A stretch of DNA of 64,000 bases from Waterburya sp. (GCA_965217895.1 CBDCJV010000002.1:1568001-1632000), one strand, 5' to 3'. Positions 53,147 to 63,168 are shown, numbered from the stretch's first letter. Notes: generated by a model not told the origin, from the sequence alone. Program-made: numbers and translations.

Positions 53147-53726
53147 CCTGTTGGTTTCCTTGTTTGAAGGCTAGTTATTTATTCGGAAACTTTCTGAATA
53201 TCAACCCTATGTGGGACAAGAAACAGGAACTTGCCATATATTTACCCTGTACATGGTGATATCGTGAAACTTTCGGTATATTCGTCAATGATATGCCGAC
53301 TTTTTCTGGATGTCATTTGTTTTTAATCGTGTGGGTAGAGGCGTAAGAAGTCCTCTCAATCCTTGAAAATTTTAATTAGAAGGATTGAAGAGATCGTAAA
53401 CGAAGCAGAAATATCAAGAGTCTTTAATTAGAGATTAGCGAGATAACGATGTTTTTTCAATTTTTATTTTATATTCTCTCCTGTATCATAAAGAGATCGC
53501 CCCAAAGCCCATAGCCAATTCAAGTAAAGTAGCTGTGCAGCAATTTCTTTAATTTTTTCTTTTATGGCTGGGGTCAAATCATCGAGAGTCATGGCGACAT
53601 TTCAAGGGAACTAGATTAATTTTAACGACTCACATAAACATTTTTTGTAACAGACTTTTTGTCTTTTAGTATTGTTTTCTATTTGCTCGATAGCTAGATT
53701 CTTTAGTAAACGGTAAAGTCAAATAA

Positions 53727-55136
53727 TGAACTACTCACACTAAATCAAAGATTTAGAATGAGTTTCTAGCTTCGCTGGGTGCTGCCTTACCTTGGTCTTT
53801 CGACCCCGATCTGGTCTTACGCTCCCTTCACTAGCAGAGACGGCTGTTCCATCCGTCTTTATTATCCTGATGCCTTCTGCTCTGATATTTCGACTTGCAG
53901 CTTCATCCCGATCATGAGTTTTACCGCATGAAGTATTCAAACAAGTCCATTCTCTAATACTCAGATCCATCTTTGGAGTTTGAGTTAGACAATCAGGACA
54001 GATATGAGATGAGGGAAACCATCTGTCTATCTCAACCAGGCGTTTATCTTCCCGCTCTAATTTATAGTCTAGAAAGTTTACGAACATTCCCCACCCAACA
54101 TCAGATATAGCTTTGGCTAATTTGTGGTTACGCACCATGCCTTTCACATTGATATTTTCTATCACAATGACTTTGCTTTCGTTTGTCAATTTTCTACTCA
54201 ACTTGTGTAAGAAATCTTGACGGGCATTACTTATGCGTGCATGAACCTTAGCTACTAATTTTTTGGCTTTTTGTCTGGTTTTACTACCCTTCTGCTTTCT
54301 AGATAATTTTTGTTGTTTACGAGCCAGATTTTTCTCATGCTTTTTAAAGTGTCTAGGATTAGCATACTTGCTAGTCTTAGTCCCATCATGAGCTATACAA
54401 AAATCCTTGATTCCTAGATCTAAGCCAATTATCTTGTCACCGTTGCCAGATACAAAGCAAGCTTCTAGTTCATAGAGAATCGAAGCAAAATATCGATCTG
54501 AACTATCTTTGGTTATAGTTACAGTCTTGATTGTGCCAACATAGCGACGGTCAAATACTGCTTTAACTAATCCAATTTTAGGTAACTTAATCCAGCCTCC
54601 ATCAATTTTTACTGACTGAGGGAAACCAACAGACTGCTTACCATGCTTAGATTTGTATCTAGGAAATCTAGCTCGTTTTTCAAAGAAATTGATAAAAGCA
54701 CGAGACAGATTGAGTGATGTCTGTTGCAGTGATTGAGAATAAACTTCTGTTCTCAACCATTCATGTTCTTTTTTTAGATTAGGCAGCAAAGCATTTAGTC
54801 CTGCACGAGATAGTCCTTTGCCTGTCTCTTTGTAGGTTTCAATACTTTTATTGAGAGCAAAATTCCACCACCAACGAGAACAACCCATAGCACCTGCTAA
54901 TTGCTGTTTTTGCTCGTCAGTCGGATAAATTCGTACTTTCTGTGCTTGTCTAATCATGTCTACCATTATATAATAAAGTGATAGAACTGCGCTAGATAAT
55001 TAATTCTGCGACGCACTCTGGTCTTGGCGGTTTCCGCCGAGGAAGAAGTGCGTCAAGAAGCTTAGTGTCTAGCTCGATTCATCTCCTCCTAAATTCCCAT
55101 CCTTTAAACTTAGAAGGAGAATTCTCTCACAATCCG
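53727..55136 (-). mobile_element. tnpB-only IS200/IS605-family element (IS1341-like); boundaries approximate
   Basis: Left-end hairpin 55083-55119 after TTTAA; right-end hairpin ACTCA-TTCTAAATC-ttt-GATTTAGTG-TGAGT then AGTTCA; no tnpA. Confidence 0.8.
53740..54966 (-). CDS. tnpB: RNA-guided endonuclease TnpB
   Basis: HTH N-terminus (RIYPTDEQ), RuvC GLDLG / IVIENINVKGM / HDRD, zinc finger CPDC...C..C. Confidence 0.95.
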   Translation of the reverse strand: MVDMIRQAQKVRIYPTDEQKQQLAGAMGCSRWWWNFALNKSIETYKETGKGLSRAGLNALLPNLKKEHEWLRTEVYSQSLQQTSLNLSRAFINFFEKRARFPRYKSKHGKQSVGFPQSVKIDGGWIKLPKIGLVKAVFDRRYVGTIKTVTITKDSSDRYFASILYELEACFVSGNGDKIIGLDLGIKDFCIAHDGTKTSKYANPRHFKKHEKNLARKQQKLSRKQKGSKTRQKAKKLVAKVHARISNARQDFLHKLSRKLTNESKVIVIENINVKGMVRNHKLAKAISDVGWGMFVNFLDYKLEREDKRLVEIDRWFPSSHICPDCLTQTPKMDLSIREWTCLNTSCGKTHDRDEAASRNIRAEGIRIIKTDGTAVSASEGSVRPDRGRKTKVRQHPAKLETHSKSLI

Positions 55137-55183
55137 TTAAAATCAATAAAAATTTTAGCTATTGTTTTGAATTTATCGACATA

Positions 55184-55669
55184 ATGAAGCAGAAATACCA
55201 AGACTTTGTAGTCAGAGATTGGCAGAAAAGCGATCGCACCGCAGCAGCAGAAGTAATTAGAACGGTATTAGAGGAATATGGTTTGCCTTGGCAGCCACAA
55301 TTGGCAGACCTCGATGTGATTGAAGTTGAGTCGGCTTATTTAGAAACTGGAGGGGAATTTTGGGTAGTTGAGAAAAATTCGACTATAGTAGGCACGGCAG
55401 CATATCAACCCATAAGTAGAGGACAAAAGGCTGTTGAAATTCGCAAAATGTACTTATTACCAAAGGTTAGAGGCAAGGGATTGGGTAAATATTTATTGCG
55501 GGAGTTAGAAAAAGCGATCGCTATTAAAGATTATCAAGAAATTTGGCTGGAAACTGCATCTATATTAAAAGAGGCAGTAATATTATACGAACGCAGTGGC
55601 TATCAACCTGTCAATGATGTGGAAACAGAAAGATGTGATTTAGCTTATCTTAAAAAAATACATCCTTAG
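55184..55669 (+). CDS. GNAT-family N-acetyltransferase
   Basis: EIRKMYLLPKVRGKGLG, LETASILKEAVILYERSGY. Confidence 0.93.
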   Translation: MKQKYQDFVVRDWQKSDRTAAAEVIRTVLEEYGLPWQPQLADLDVIEVESAYLETGGEFWVVEKNSTIVGTAAYQPISRGQKAVEIRKMYLLPKVRGKGLGKYLLRELEKAIAIKDYQEIWLETASILKEAVILYERSGYQPVNDVETERCDLAYLKKIHP

Positions 55670-55694
55670 ATATATAAATAGAAGCAAATAAGAT

Positions 55695-56735
55695 ATGTTT
55701 TTATTAGCTGGAGATATTGGCGGAACCAAGACTATTTTACGTTTAGTAGAGGTCACTGAAGTCACGTTGACAGAAAAGACTTTTAAAACGGTCAAGGATA
55801 CACAATACATTAGTGCTAGTTTTCCTGATTTAGTGCCGATGGTGCGGGAGTTTTTGGCACAGGATAAATATATTAAACCGCAAATAGCCTGTTTTGCGAT
55901 CGCTGGCCCAGTTGTTAATAATACCTGTAGCCTCACTAACCTTAACTGGGTTTTGGATACACAACGGCTAGAAATAGAATTAGACATACCCCAAATTAGC
56001 CTGATCAATGATTTTGCTGCCAATAGCTTCGGCATTTTGGGCTTAAAAGATTTTGATGTCCATACTCTACAGGCAGGAGAAGCCAGAGAAGATGCTCCTA
56101 TCGCCGTAATTGGTGCAGGAACGGGATTAGGGGAAGCTTTTCTAATTCCTCAAGGGAAAAAATATAAAATTTTTGCCAGCGAAGGAGGACACGCAGATTT
56201 TGCCCCTCGCAATGACTTGGAAATCAAGCTGCTGAAATATTTGCGGAATAAATTGAAAGTCGAACATATTTCAGTAGAAAGAGTAGTTTCTGGACAGGGA
56301 ATTGCCTCGATTTATCAGTTTTTGCGGGATACTAAATTTGCCAGCGAATCGCCTGAAATTGGCGATCGCATCAGGGCTTGGGAAAGAGAACCGAAAAAAA
56401 CTATCGATCCTGCTGCAATTATTGCTCAAGCAGCATTTAAACAAAGCGATCGCCTTTGTGAGAAAACCATGACCATATTTATTGAAGCTTATGGCGCAGA
56501 GACGGGTAATCTAGCTTTAAAACTGCTTTCCTATGGTGGAATTTACATTGCAGGAGGTATTGCAGCCAAAATTTTACCTTTAATGCAGGAAGGTAGATTC
56601 CTAAATACTTTCAAGGACAAGGGTAGAGTCAGTACTCTGATCCAAGAAATTCCTGTCCATATTGTTTTAAATCCCCAGGTAGGTCTAGTTGGTTCGGTAC
56701 TTTATGGATTGCAGCACCAAGAGATAGATCGTTGA
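55695..56735 (+). CDS. glk: Glucokinase
   Basis: LAGDIGGTKT, LINDF, GAGTGLG, SEGGH, GGIYIAGGI. Confidence 0.96.
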   Translation: MFLLAGDIGGTKTILRLVEVTEVTLTEKTFKTVKDTQYISASFPDLVPMVREFLAQDKYIKPQIACFAIAGPVVNNTCSLTNLNWVLDTQRLEIELDIPQISLINDFAANSFGILGLKDFDVHTLQAGEAREDAPIAVIGAGTGLGEAFLIPQGKKYKIFASEGGHADFAPRNDLEIKLLKYLRNKLKVEHISVERVVSGQGIASIYQFLRDTKFASESPEIGDRIRAWEREPKKTIDPAAIIAQAAFKQSDRLCEKTMTIFIEAYGAETGNLALKLLSYGGIYIAGGIAAKILPLMQEGRFLNTFKDKGRVSTLIQEIPVHIVLNPQVGLVGSVLYGLQHQEIDR

Positions 56736-56795
56736 ACTTTAGCCAAATTAGTTAAACTCAAGTTTATTCTTAACTTGTCAGCTTTTTTGTCTTAA

Positions 56796-58547
56796 ATGTT
56801 GAAACAAATTAAAGATCGTCATAACAACAGCAGTAATTGGCTGCATCTACTGTTATTATTAGGCTGGCTAGTAGTTGGGATGGCTCTAAGATTCGCCAAT
56901 TTAGATGCTAAACCTGCTTCCTCGATTGAAATTGCGACTATGGGTTTTAGTTTGGGTCATGGTTTTGCCCAAATTCCCCTAGATCGAGTTATTTCCGAAT
57001 CAACTTTGCTATCTCCCTTGAGATTTGATGCAGCAGTTAGTTATGGTGATATAGTCAATCACTTGATGACGGAAAGTACTCATCCACCACTCTATTTTTG
57101 GCTAACCTTTTGGTGGACAAAGTTATTTTCCAGTAATGGAGAAATAGATGCTTCTTTAGAGATTGGGCGATCGCTAAGTGCTATTTTCGGTAGTTTAGCA
57201 ATTCCCGCTATCTTTGGTTTGAGTTGGGTAGCTTTTCGTTCTCGGTTAGTAGCTCACCTAGCAGCTTTACTGATGGCTATTTCTCCCTATGGTATTTATC
57301 TTGCTCAAGAAGCTCGTCACTATACCTTGAGCATCTTATGGATTATTGCTTCACTCACCTGTCTAATGGTGGCTACTCAGTGTATAAATCGGCGAACTAA
57401 GCTGCCAATTTGGGTAGGCTGCGTTTGGGTATTAGTTAATAGTCTTGGTATGGCTACTCATTATTTCTTCTGTTTGGCTTTAGGGGCAGAAGCTTTGGTA
57501 ATAATGGGACTATGGTATTGGGACTTTAACAGTCAAGAAAGAGCTTCGTTTAGCTTTAGTTATTGGTGGCGTATTGGTGCGGTGGGTTTAGGAACTTTAG
57601 TCGGCTGTTTGGTATGGCTACCTGTAGCTAGCGGTGTTTCTGATAACGAATTAACTGATTGGATTCAAACCAGCTATGACTTAGATGATATTTGGCAGCC
57701 CATTCCTCGTCTACTGGCTTGGTTAATTACGATGGTGATGCTGTTGCCCATTGAAGGTACGCCGACGGCAGTAATAGTCATCTCAGCTTTGGTAGTTGTG
57801 CTGGTTTTAGTCTGGCTGATACCAGCTTTAATTCGAGGCGGTAAATCATCACTGGATAGCCAATTTGGTCTGCCTCTCAAAGTTTTAATCGGTTATTGGC
57901 TAGGAGCAATCCTAATCTATTTAGTGGTTATCTATGGATTGGGTAAAGACATTTCTTTAGCTGCTCGCTATCATTTTGTTTATTTTCCAGTAGTTATAGT
58001 TTTGATTGCTGTGGCTTTGGCTAATCGGTGGCAAGTTAAAGCATCGATAAGTACTAAACGCCATTGGTTTTATGGAGAGGGAAAAAGAGTAGCTGTAATT
58101 GTTCTCTTGATGGGATTTATTGGCTCTCTAACTGTGATTAATAATTATGGGTTTCAAAAATCTCGACACTCAGATAGTCTAGCGGGTCATATTTTAGCTA
58201 CTTCAACAGTTCCCGCTTTAGTTACCACGACCTATGAAACCTCTTCTCAACTGCGAGAATTAATCGCTCTGGCACTCTCTTTTGAGCGTGTAGGTCAGAC
58301 TAAATTTTTGTCTCGTAAGCCGAAATTTCCTCAATTTTTATTAGTTCGACAGAAAGATACGAATAACCAAGATGTAAGCTTTTCTACCTTAAGTAAAATT
58401 TTGGCATCCCAGCCCAAGCCATTAGATTTATGGGGTATAAATTTAAAAATAGATTCAGAGAATTTAAGTCAGCTTAACTGTATTGAAGATAGTGAATCTC
58501 AATTATCAGATAGTGGTTATCAAAATCATTTGTATCATTGTCGCTAG
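56796..58547 (+). CDS. GT-C (GT39/PMT-like) membrane glycosyltransferase
   Basis: HPPLYF, SPYGIYLAQEARHY; multiple TM helices. Confidence 0.85.
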   Translation: MLKQIKDRHNNSSNWLHLLLLLGWLVVGMALRFANLDAKPASSIEIATMGFSLGHGFAQIPLDRVISESTLLSPLRFDAAVSYGDIVNHLMTESTHPPLYFWLTFWWTKLFSSNGEIDASLEIGRSLSAIFGSLAIPAIFGLSWVAFRSRLVAHLAALLMAISPYGIYLAQEARHYTLSILWIIASLTCLMVATQCINRRTKLPIWVGCVWVLVNSLGMATHYFFCLALGAEALVIMGLWYWDFNSQERASFSFSYWWRIGAVGLGTLVGCLVWLPVASGVSDNELTDWIQTSYDLDDIWQPIPRLLAWLITMVMLLPIEGTPTAVIVISALVVVLVLVWLIPALIRGGKSSLDSQFGLPLKVLIGYWLGAILIYLVVIYGLGKDISLAARYHFVYFPVVIVLIAVALANRWQVKASISTKRHWFYGEGKRVAVIVLLMGFIGSLTVINNYGFQKSRHSDSLAGHILATSTVPALVTTTYETSSQLRELIALALSFERVGQTKFLSRKPKFPQFLLVRQKDTNNQDVSFSTLSKILASQPKPLDLWGINLKIDSENLSQLNCIEDSESQLSDSGYQNHLYHCR

Positions 58548-58658
58548 ATTATCCAAAATAGTTTTGGCGATTTTACTACGCACTGCTGCTTTTAATCTTG
58601 CAAACTTCTTGACATTTATGTTTTATGTTCCAAGAATTTAGTTTAATAAATAATCTGC

Positions 58659-60290
58659 ATGAAACAAGAGCGATATCTTTATTTAACTCTGGCGATCGCC
58701 TTAATCTTACTACTGATTAACCTCAATAGTTGGGGTGTTATCGAAGCTAGCGAAGCCCGCTATGCAGAAATTAGCCGTGAAATGTTTCGTTCTGGCAATT
58801 TACTTCAGCCGACGCTGCTTAATATTTTTCACTTTCATAAGCCACCTGTAACCTTTTGGCTGACAGATTTAGGGTTTGAATTATTTGGCATAAATGCCTT
58901 TGGAGCAAGATTTTTTTTGCAGTTTTCCCTAATTTTGCAGGGTATACTAATCTATCTCATTAGCCAGCGATTGTTTGCAGTGCGGGTTAGATCGATTTTA
59001 GCTGTTATGATCTATCTTTCTTTTCCCCTCAGCATAATGTCGGCTCGCAATCTAACTACCGATAATTTTCTAACTACGTTAACGTTAGCGGTTATCTATG
59101 CCATGACGGTTTACTATTGTCAGAGGCAGATATGGGGTATTTATGCTGCTGCCTTATTTATTGGCATCGGCTTTTTGACTAAAGGACCAGCAATTTTTGT
59201 CGTACCTTTTTTCTATTGGTTTTATTTGCTAATTGCGCGTCGGCTGAACTACCGAGTGCCAATTAAGCATCTAATAATTTCCTTGGTTTTGTGTCTGACT
59301 TTGGGGCTTTCCTGGTATGTGGTGGTTGCTCAACAGCTACCATCCCTCACCGATTATTTTCTAGGAAGACAACTGGCAGATAGGGTACTAGACGCAGAGA
59401 CTTTCCATCGAACCGAACCAGGATGGTATTACCTGCTTGTTTTTAGTACCACTACTCTACCCTGGTTTCTCGTTTATATTGCTAGCTTATTTCGTCCAGG
59501 CTACAGGCTAGTAAAAAATGTTGATGCTTGTCAACTTTCTCTTTATTGGCTGCTGCTGCCATTTATCATTTTCAGCTTAACCAGTTCAAAACTAATGATG
59601 TACCTGTTGCCAATCTATCCAGGGTTGGCGATGATTTTGGCTGGTTTGATTACCGAGATGAATAACTCCGACCTCAAATGGTTTACCAGAATATTCATTG
59701 GGTTTTACTGGCTGTTAGGAGCGATCGCTTTGTTTGCTCCATTTTTCATCAGCGTCTCAGGAGCAGATTTGACAATAACTTGGCAAATGATAATTTCAGC
59801 ACTGCTTATATTTGCCTTACCAATATCAATCTATCGATTAGTGAAACATGATTCTAGATTGCGACTGAGTGCGATCGCTTTATTTTCTATGCTGACTTTC
59901 ATTATCTACGGTGGCTATTTAATCGGCGCAAATGAGCTATCGTTTGGGGGAACTCGTCCGATTGCCAAATTTATTGAGGCTAAAGGGCTAGAAGATGAAC
60001 CTGTTCTAGTTTATAACAAGCTCTTGCCATCTCTAGCTTTCAATCTTGACCGCAATATTATTACTCTCAACGACGGTGGCGTAGAGCGCGAAACTCAATT
60101 TCAAACTAACGATCAATGGAAAAAATTTTGGATAGACATCCGTGAGCCAACTTCAGCAGAACCTTTGAGAAATCTTGTCAAATCGCCTTCGGTTTTAGTG
60201 ACGAAAAAAAAGCTGCCTGACGAGTGGAGTTGGCTTACACAAAGCTACGATCGGTCTGAATTCTTGGGCAAATGGACTATCTACTATTAA
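58659..60290 (+). CDS. ArnT-like (GT83/GT39) glycosyltransferase
   Basis: EARYAEISREM, HKPPV, GFLTKGP, SSKLMMYLLP. Confidence 0.9.
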   Translation: MKQERYLYLTLAIALILLLINLNSWGVIEASEARYAEISREMFRSGNLLQPTLLNIFHFHKPPVTFWLTDLGFELFGINAFGARFFLQFSLILQGILIYLISQRLFAVRVRSILAVMIYLSFPLSIMSARNLTTDNFLTTLTLAVIYAMTVYYCQRQIWGIYAAALFIGIGFLTKGPAIFVVPFFYWFYLLIARRLNYRVPIKHLIISLVLCLTLGLSWYVVVAQQLPSLTDYFLGRQLADRVLDAETFHRTEPGWYYLLVFSTTTLPWFLVYIASLFRPGYRLVKNVDACQLSLYWLLLPFIIFSLTSSKLMMYLLPIYPGLAMILAGLITEMNNSDLKWFTRIFIGFYWLLGAIALFAPFFISVSGADLTITWQMIISALLIFALPISIYRLVKHDSRLRLSAIALFSMLTFIIYGGYLIGANELSFGGTRPIAKFIEAKGLEDEPVLVYNKLLPSLAFNLDRNIITLNDGGVERETQFQTNDQWKKFWIDIREPTSAEPLRNLVKSPSVLVTKKKLPDEWSWLTQSYDRSEFLGKWTIYY

Positions 60291-60313
60291 CCTTAAATTT
60301 CTAAGTTACTAAA

Positions 60314-60979
60314 TTGAAGATTAATTTTAATCATCCTTGGGTCAAAACCGTAGCCGAAGCTAAGGAAATTCAGGAGCAATTAAGACATCAGGTAATTACC
60401 ACAGACTCTTTGGGAGAAGTTAAATATGTAGCTGGGGTAGATATTGGCTTTGAAGCTAACTATACTATTTCCAAAGCAGCAGTAGTAATATTGAGTTATC
60501 CAGAATTAGAGTTAGTCGAAAAAGCGATCGCTCGTATTCCTACAGCCTTTCCTTATGTGCCTGGATATCTTTCTTTTCGCGAAATTCCTGCAATTTTGGC
60601 AGCCTTTCCGCAGTTGAATACTCTTCCTGACCTTATTCTATGTGATGGTCAAGGTTTGGCTCATCCTCGTCGCCTTGGGTTGGCATCTCATTTAGGAGTG
60701 CTGTTAGATATTCCCACTATTGGAGTAGCAAAATCCTTGTTTATTGGTAAACACGAAGAAGTTGCTTTAGCCAAAGGTAGCCAGCAGCCTTTAATAGATA
60801 AGGATGAAACTATTGGCATGGTATTGCGATCGCGCACTAAAGTAAAACCTATTTATGTATCAATTGGACACAAGATCAGTTTGCCCACGGCGATCGAATA
60901 TGTGATGGGCTGTTTGACAAAATACCGTTTGCCTGAAACTACTAGATGGGCGGATAAATTGGCTTCTCAAAAGCAATGA
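60314..60979 (+). CDS. nfi: Endonuclease V
   Basis: AGVD, FPYVPGYLSFRE, DGQGLAHPRRLG, IGVAKS. Confidence 0.96.
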   Translation: MKINFNHPWVKTVAEAKEIQEQLRHQVITTDSLGEVKYVAGVDIGFEANYTISKAAVVILSYPELELVEKAIARIPTAFPYVPGYLSFREIPAILAAFPQLNTLPDLILCDGQGLAHPRRLGLASHLGVLLDIPTIGVAKSLFIGKHEEVALAKGSQQPLIDKDETIGMVLRSRTKVKPIYVSIGHKISLPTAIEYVMGCLTKYRLPETTRWADKLASQKQ

Positions 60980-61069
60980 TATTACAGCAGTTTTCATGCT
61001 TGATGGACTACGCTTTTAATTAACTGGTTTTTAGCTTTTAGCTTTTAGCTTTTAGCTTTTTAGATAAAG

Positions 61070-61303
61070 TTACAAGTTAGCTCTTCTTCTTCTAGAAAAT
61101 AATAAGGGAATGAACCAGCCAATAATTATGCCTGCTGCACCACAAAAAGTTAACAAGACTCCTACAGGTATGTTAATAGATTGAAATGTCAGAAACTTAA
61201 GGGATACAGGTTTAATATTTTGAATTGAGAAAATGGCGATCGCTGCAATATAACCTGCCCACATCGAAGAATTTAATAGACCTACAAATGCTTTCATGAG
61301 CAA
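61070..61303 (-). CDS. Small membrane protein, DUF1049/LapA-like
   Basis: AIFSIQNIKPVSLKFL...IPVGVLL. Confidence 0.7.
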   Translation of the reverse strand: MLMKAFVGLLNSSMWAGYIAAIAIFSIQNIKPVSLKFLTFQSINIPVGVLLTFCGAAGIIIGWFIPLLFSRRRRANL

Positions 61304-61311
61304 TAAAAAAG

Positions 61312-61878
61312 TTAAAACAATAAAAGTTGATCTAGGGCAATTTCCAGATCGGGAAAAGCCAAAGGAGAAATTGAACCATCAGTATATTCTGTTATTTTAG
61401 AATAGCTATTGTTTTGAGGATGAATATGAACAATTAGCTTTTTATTGACCAAATCTATTACCCAATACTCTTGAATGTTGTTACTAGCATAAATGATACT
61501 TTTTTCTGCTAAATCTTTACTTAAAGTTTTGTTAGAAACCTCGATCAACCAATAAATATCTTCAGGATATGGATGATGCTCAGTATAAATAGTCTTAGGT
61601 AATCTAACTACTGCAATATCTGGTTCTGGTTCGCTTGCCTTAAAAGAGAGGGAATTGTTTAAAGTAATTGGATGAGATTCACGTATTTTAGCTAATCCTT
61701 TGAGTTTTGTTCGTAGTAGCTCTGCCACATCATCATTAGTATAGCTATGTTCTTCTCGTTCTGGACTCATTTCAACTATTTCACCATCTAACAACTCAAC
61801 AGATTTTCCTTCTAATAGTCCAGATTCAATTAGCAGGTGATATTCTTCAATTGACCATTTATAAGTAGTTATAGTCAT
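61312..61878 (-). CDS. Uma2-family endonuclease
   Basis: ELLDGEIVEM, SEPEPDIAV, LIEVS, EYWVIDL. Confidence 0.93.
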   Translation of the reverse strand: MTITTYKWSIEEYHLLIESGLLEGKSVELLDGEIVEMSPEREEHSYTNDDVAELLRTKLKGLAKIRESHPITLNNSLSFKASEPEPDIAVVRLPKTIYTEHHPYPEDIYWLIEVSNKTLSKDLAEKSIIYASNNIQEYWVIDLVNKKLIVHIHPQNNSYSKITEYTDGSISPLAFPDLEIALDQLLLF

Positions 61879-61948
61879 AATTTCAACTTATAATTCAAGC
61901 AAATTTTTTCTTCATTCCTTATCCCTTATCCCTTATCCCTCAAAAATC

Positions 61949-62662
61949 CTACTGCACACCGATAGACTGACCTCCAGGAAGTTCAGAACCGAGTATAGTA
62001 CGGATTTTTATCGGCGCGTTTTGAGCTTGGGGTTCCCAACCTACCTGATACCCAGCATCCCAAGCTTGTTTTCTAGCTGCGCGAAAAGTCTCAAAGCTAT
62101 CTGGTCTAACAATAAATACCAAATAGTCTTGATTGGGTTTATGTTGAGACAAAACTTCTTTAAACTGAGAATCTGCTGCTGCTAGCTGGCTGTTTGTCTC
62201 CCCTACCTCTTCAGATATTGGTCTGAAGAGCAAAGATACACCTTCGTCTACGGCTTGAACCTCATAGTTTTTGGTGCTAGTTCTAAAGTTGCTTTGACGA
62301 CCCAAAACGCTTAGTAAACAAGACTGGTAATTACTTAGACTCGCAGGTGAATCTAAGCCGTTTGCTGGTTTATTGCAGTTAGGCAGGTTCTCTGTCAATT
62401 CCAGTTCTTTTTCTCTTACTTGACGTAGGTTTAGGTAGATTACTTTGTTGTTTTTTATTTCAAACCACAGAGACTCTTTTTTGGTTGGAGAGGATAAAGG
62501 AGTCTGAATTGTTACCGTAGTTTTAGGATTACTACCAGTGGCGATCAAAGTTACAAACAAACTAATAAACATCAATACGCCAACAGTGTTTGTCAGAATA
62601 TCTAAAAAAGAATCTAAATTTTGGCTGGCATAATTGGTTTTTCGCCTTGCTCTGCTTCTCAT
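61949..62662 (-). CDS. ExbD/TolR-like single-TM protein (TM Asp present)
   Basis: LDSFLDILTNTVGVLMFI TM; C-terminal FIVRPDS...GWEP. Confidence 0.55.
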   Translation of the reverse strand: MRSRARRKTNYASQNLDSFLDILTNTVGVLMFISLFVTLIATGSNPKTTVTIQTPLSSPTKKESLWFEIKNNKVIYLNLRQVREKELELTENLPNCNKPANGLDSPASLSNYQSCLLSVLGRQSNFRTSTKNYEVQAVDEGVSLLFRPISEEVGETNSQLAAADSQFKEVLSQHKPNQDYLVFIVRPDSFETFRAARKQAWDAGYQVGWEPQAQNAPIKIRTILGSELPGGQSIGVQ

Positions 62663-62703
62663 TAATAATTTTAGTTTTTAAATTTTAGTTTATTTTGTTA
62701 GTT

Positions 62704-63168
62704 TTAACTTTCTATTTTTAGTTCCAAGCCAAATTCTAACGGCTCATAACCAATATCAATTCCTTCTTTGTCTACGAGTGCGCGCAGTTTATCAAACATT
62801 TCCAAACCATCGGGACGCAAAATAACAATTAAATACTGTTTATCTTTGTTAGCTTTTAACTTGGCAATTGTTTTTCTTAAGGGAGATTTTGGATCGTATA
62901 TATCGGCTCTAGGAGCAAATTCTTTGCTGGGATGAATTATAAAACCATCTTGACGACATTCAATATAAAGAGGAGTTTTGTTTTTATTAATACCATTACC
63001 ATCCTTTTCAGCTTTAGCAACTACAACAGCCTCTTGGGGTTTTAAAGCTTGGGTAGTTAAAACGATAATTAATAAAATTAAAGTACCAATGGTACAGGCA
63101 AGAACAGAGAGAAAGGGAAATAGCTCTACCTCTGCCTGCTTTTTGCGATAAATATTACGCCTTGACAT
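62704..63168 (-). CDS. ExbD/TolR-like single-TM protein (TM Asp absent)
   Basis: ELFPFLSVLACTIGTLILL TM; C-terminal VILRPDG...GYEP. Confidence 0.55.
   Translation of the reverse strand: MSRRNIYRKKQAEVELFPFLSVLACTIGTLILLIIVLTTQALKPQEAVVVAKAEKDGNGINKNKTPLYIECRQDGFIIHPSKEFAPRADIYDPKSPLRKTIAKLKANKDKQYLIVILRPDGLEMFDKLRALVDKEGIDIGYEPLEFGLELKIES

Noticed and set aside
53464..53592. 42-aa minus-strand ORF MTLDDLTPAIKEKIKEIAAQ...
   Set aside because: Short, no recognisable family; may be a gene fragment but cannot be supported
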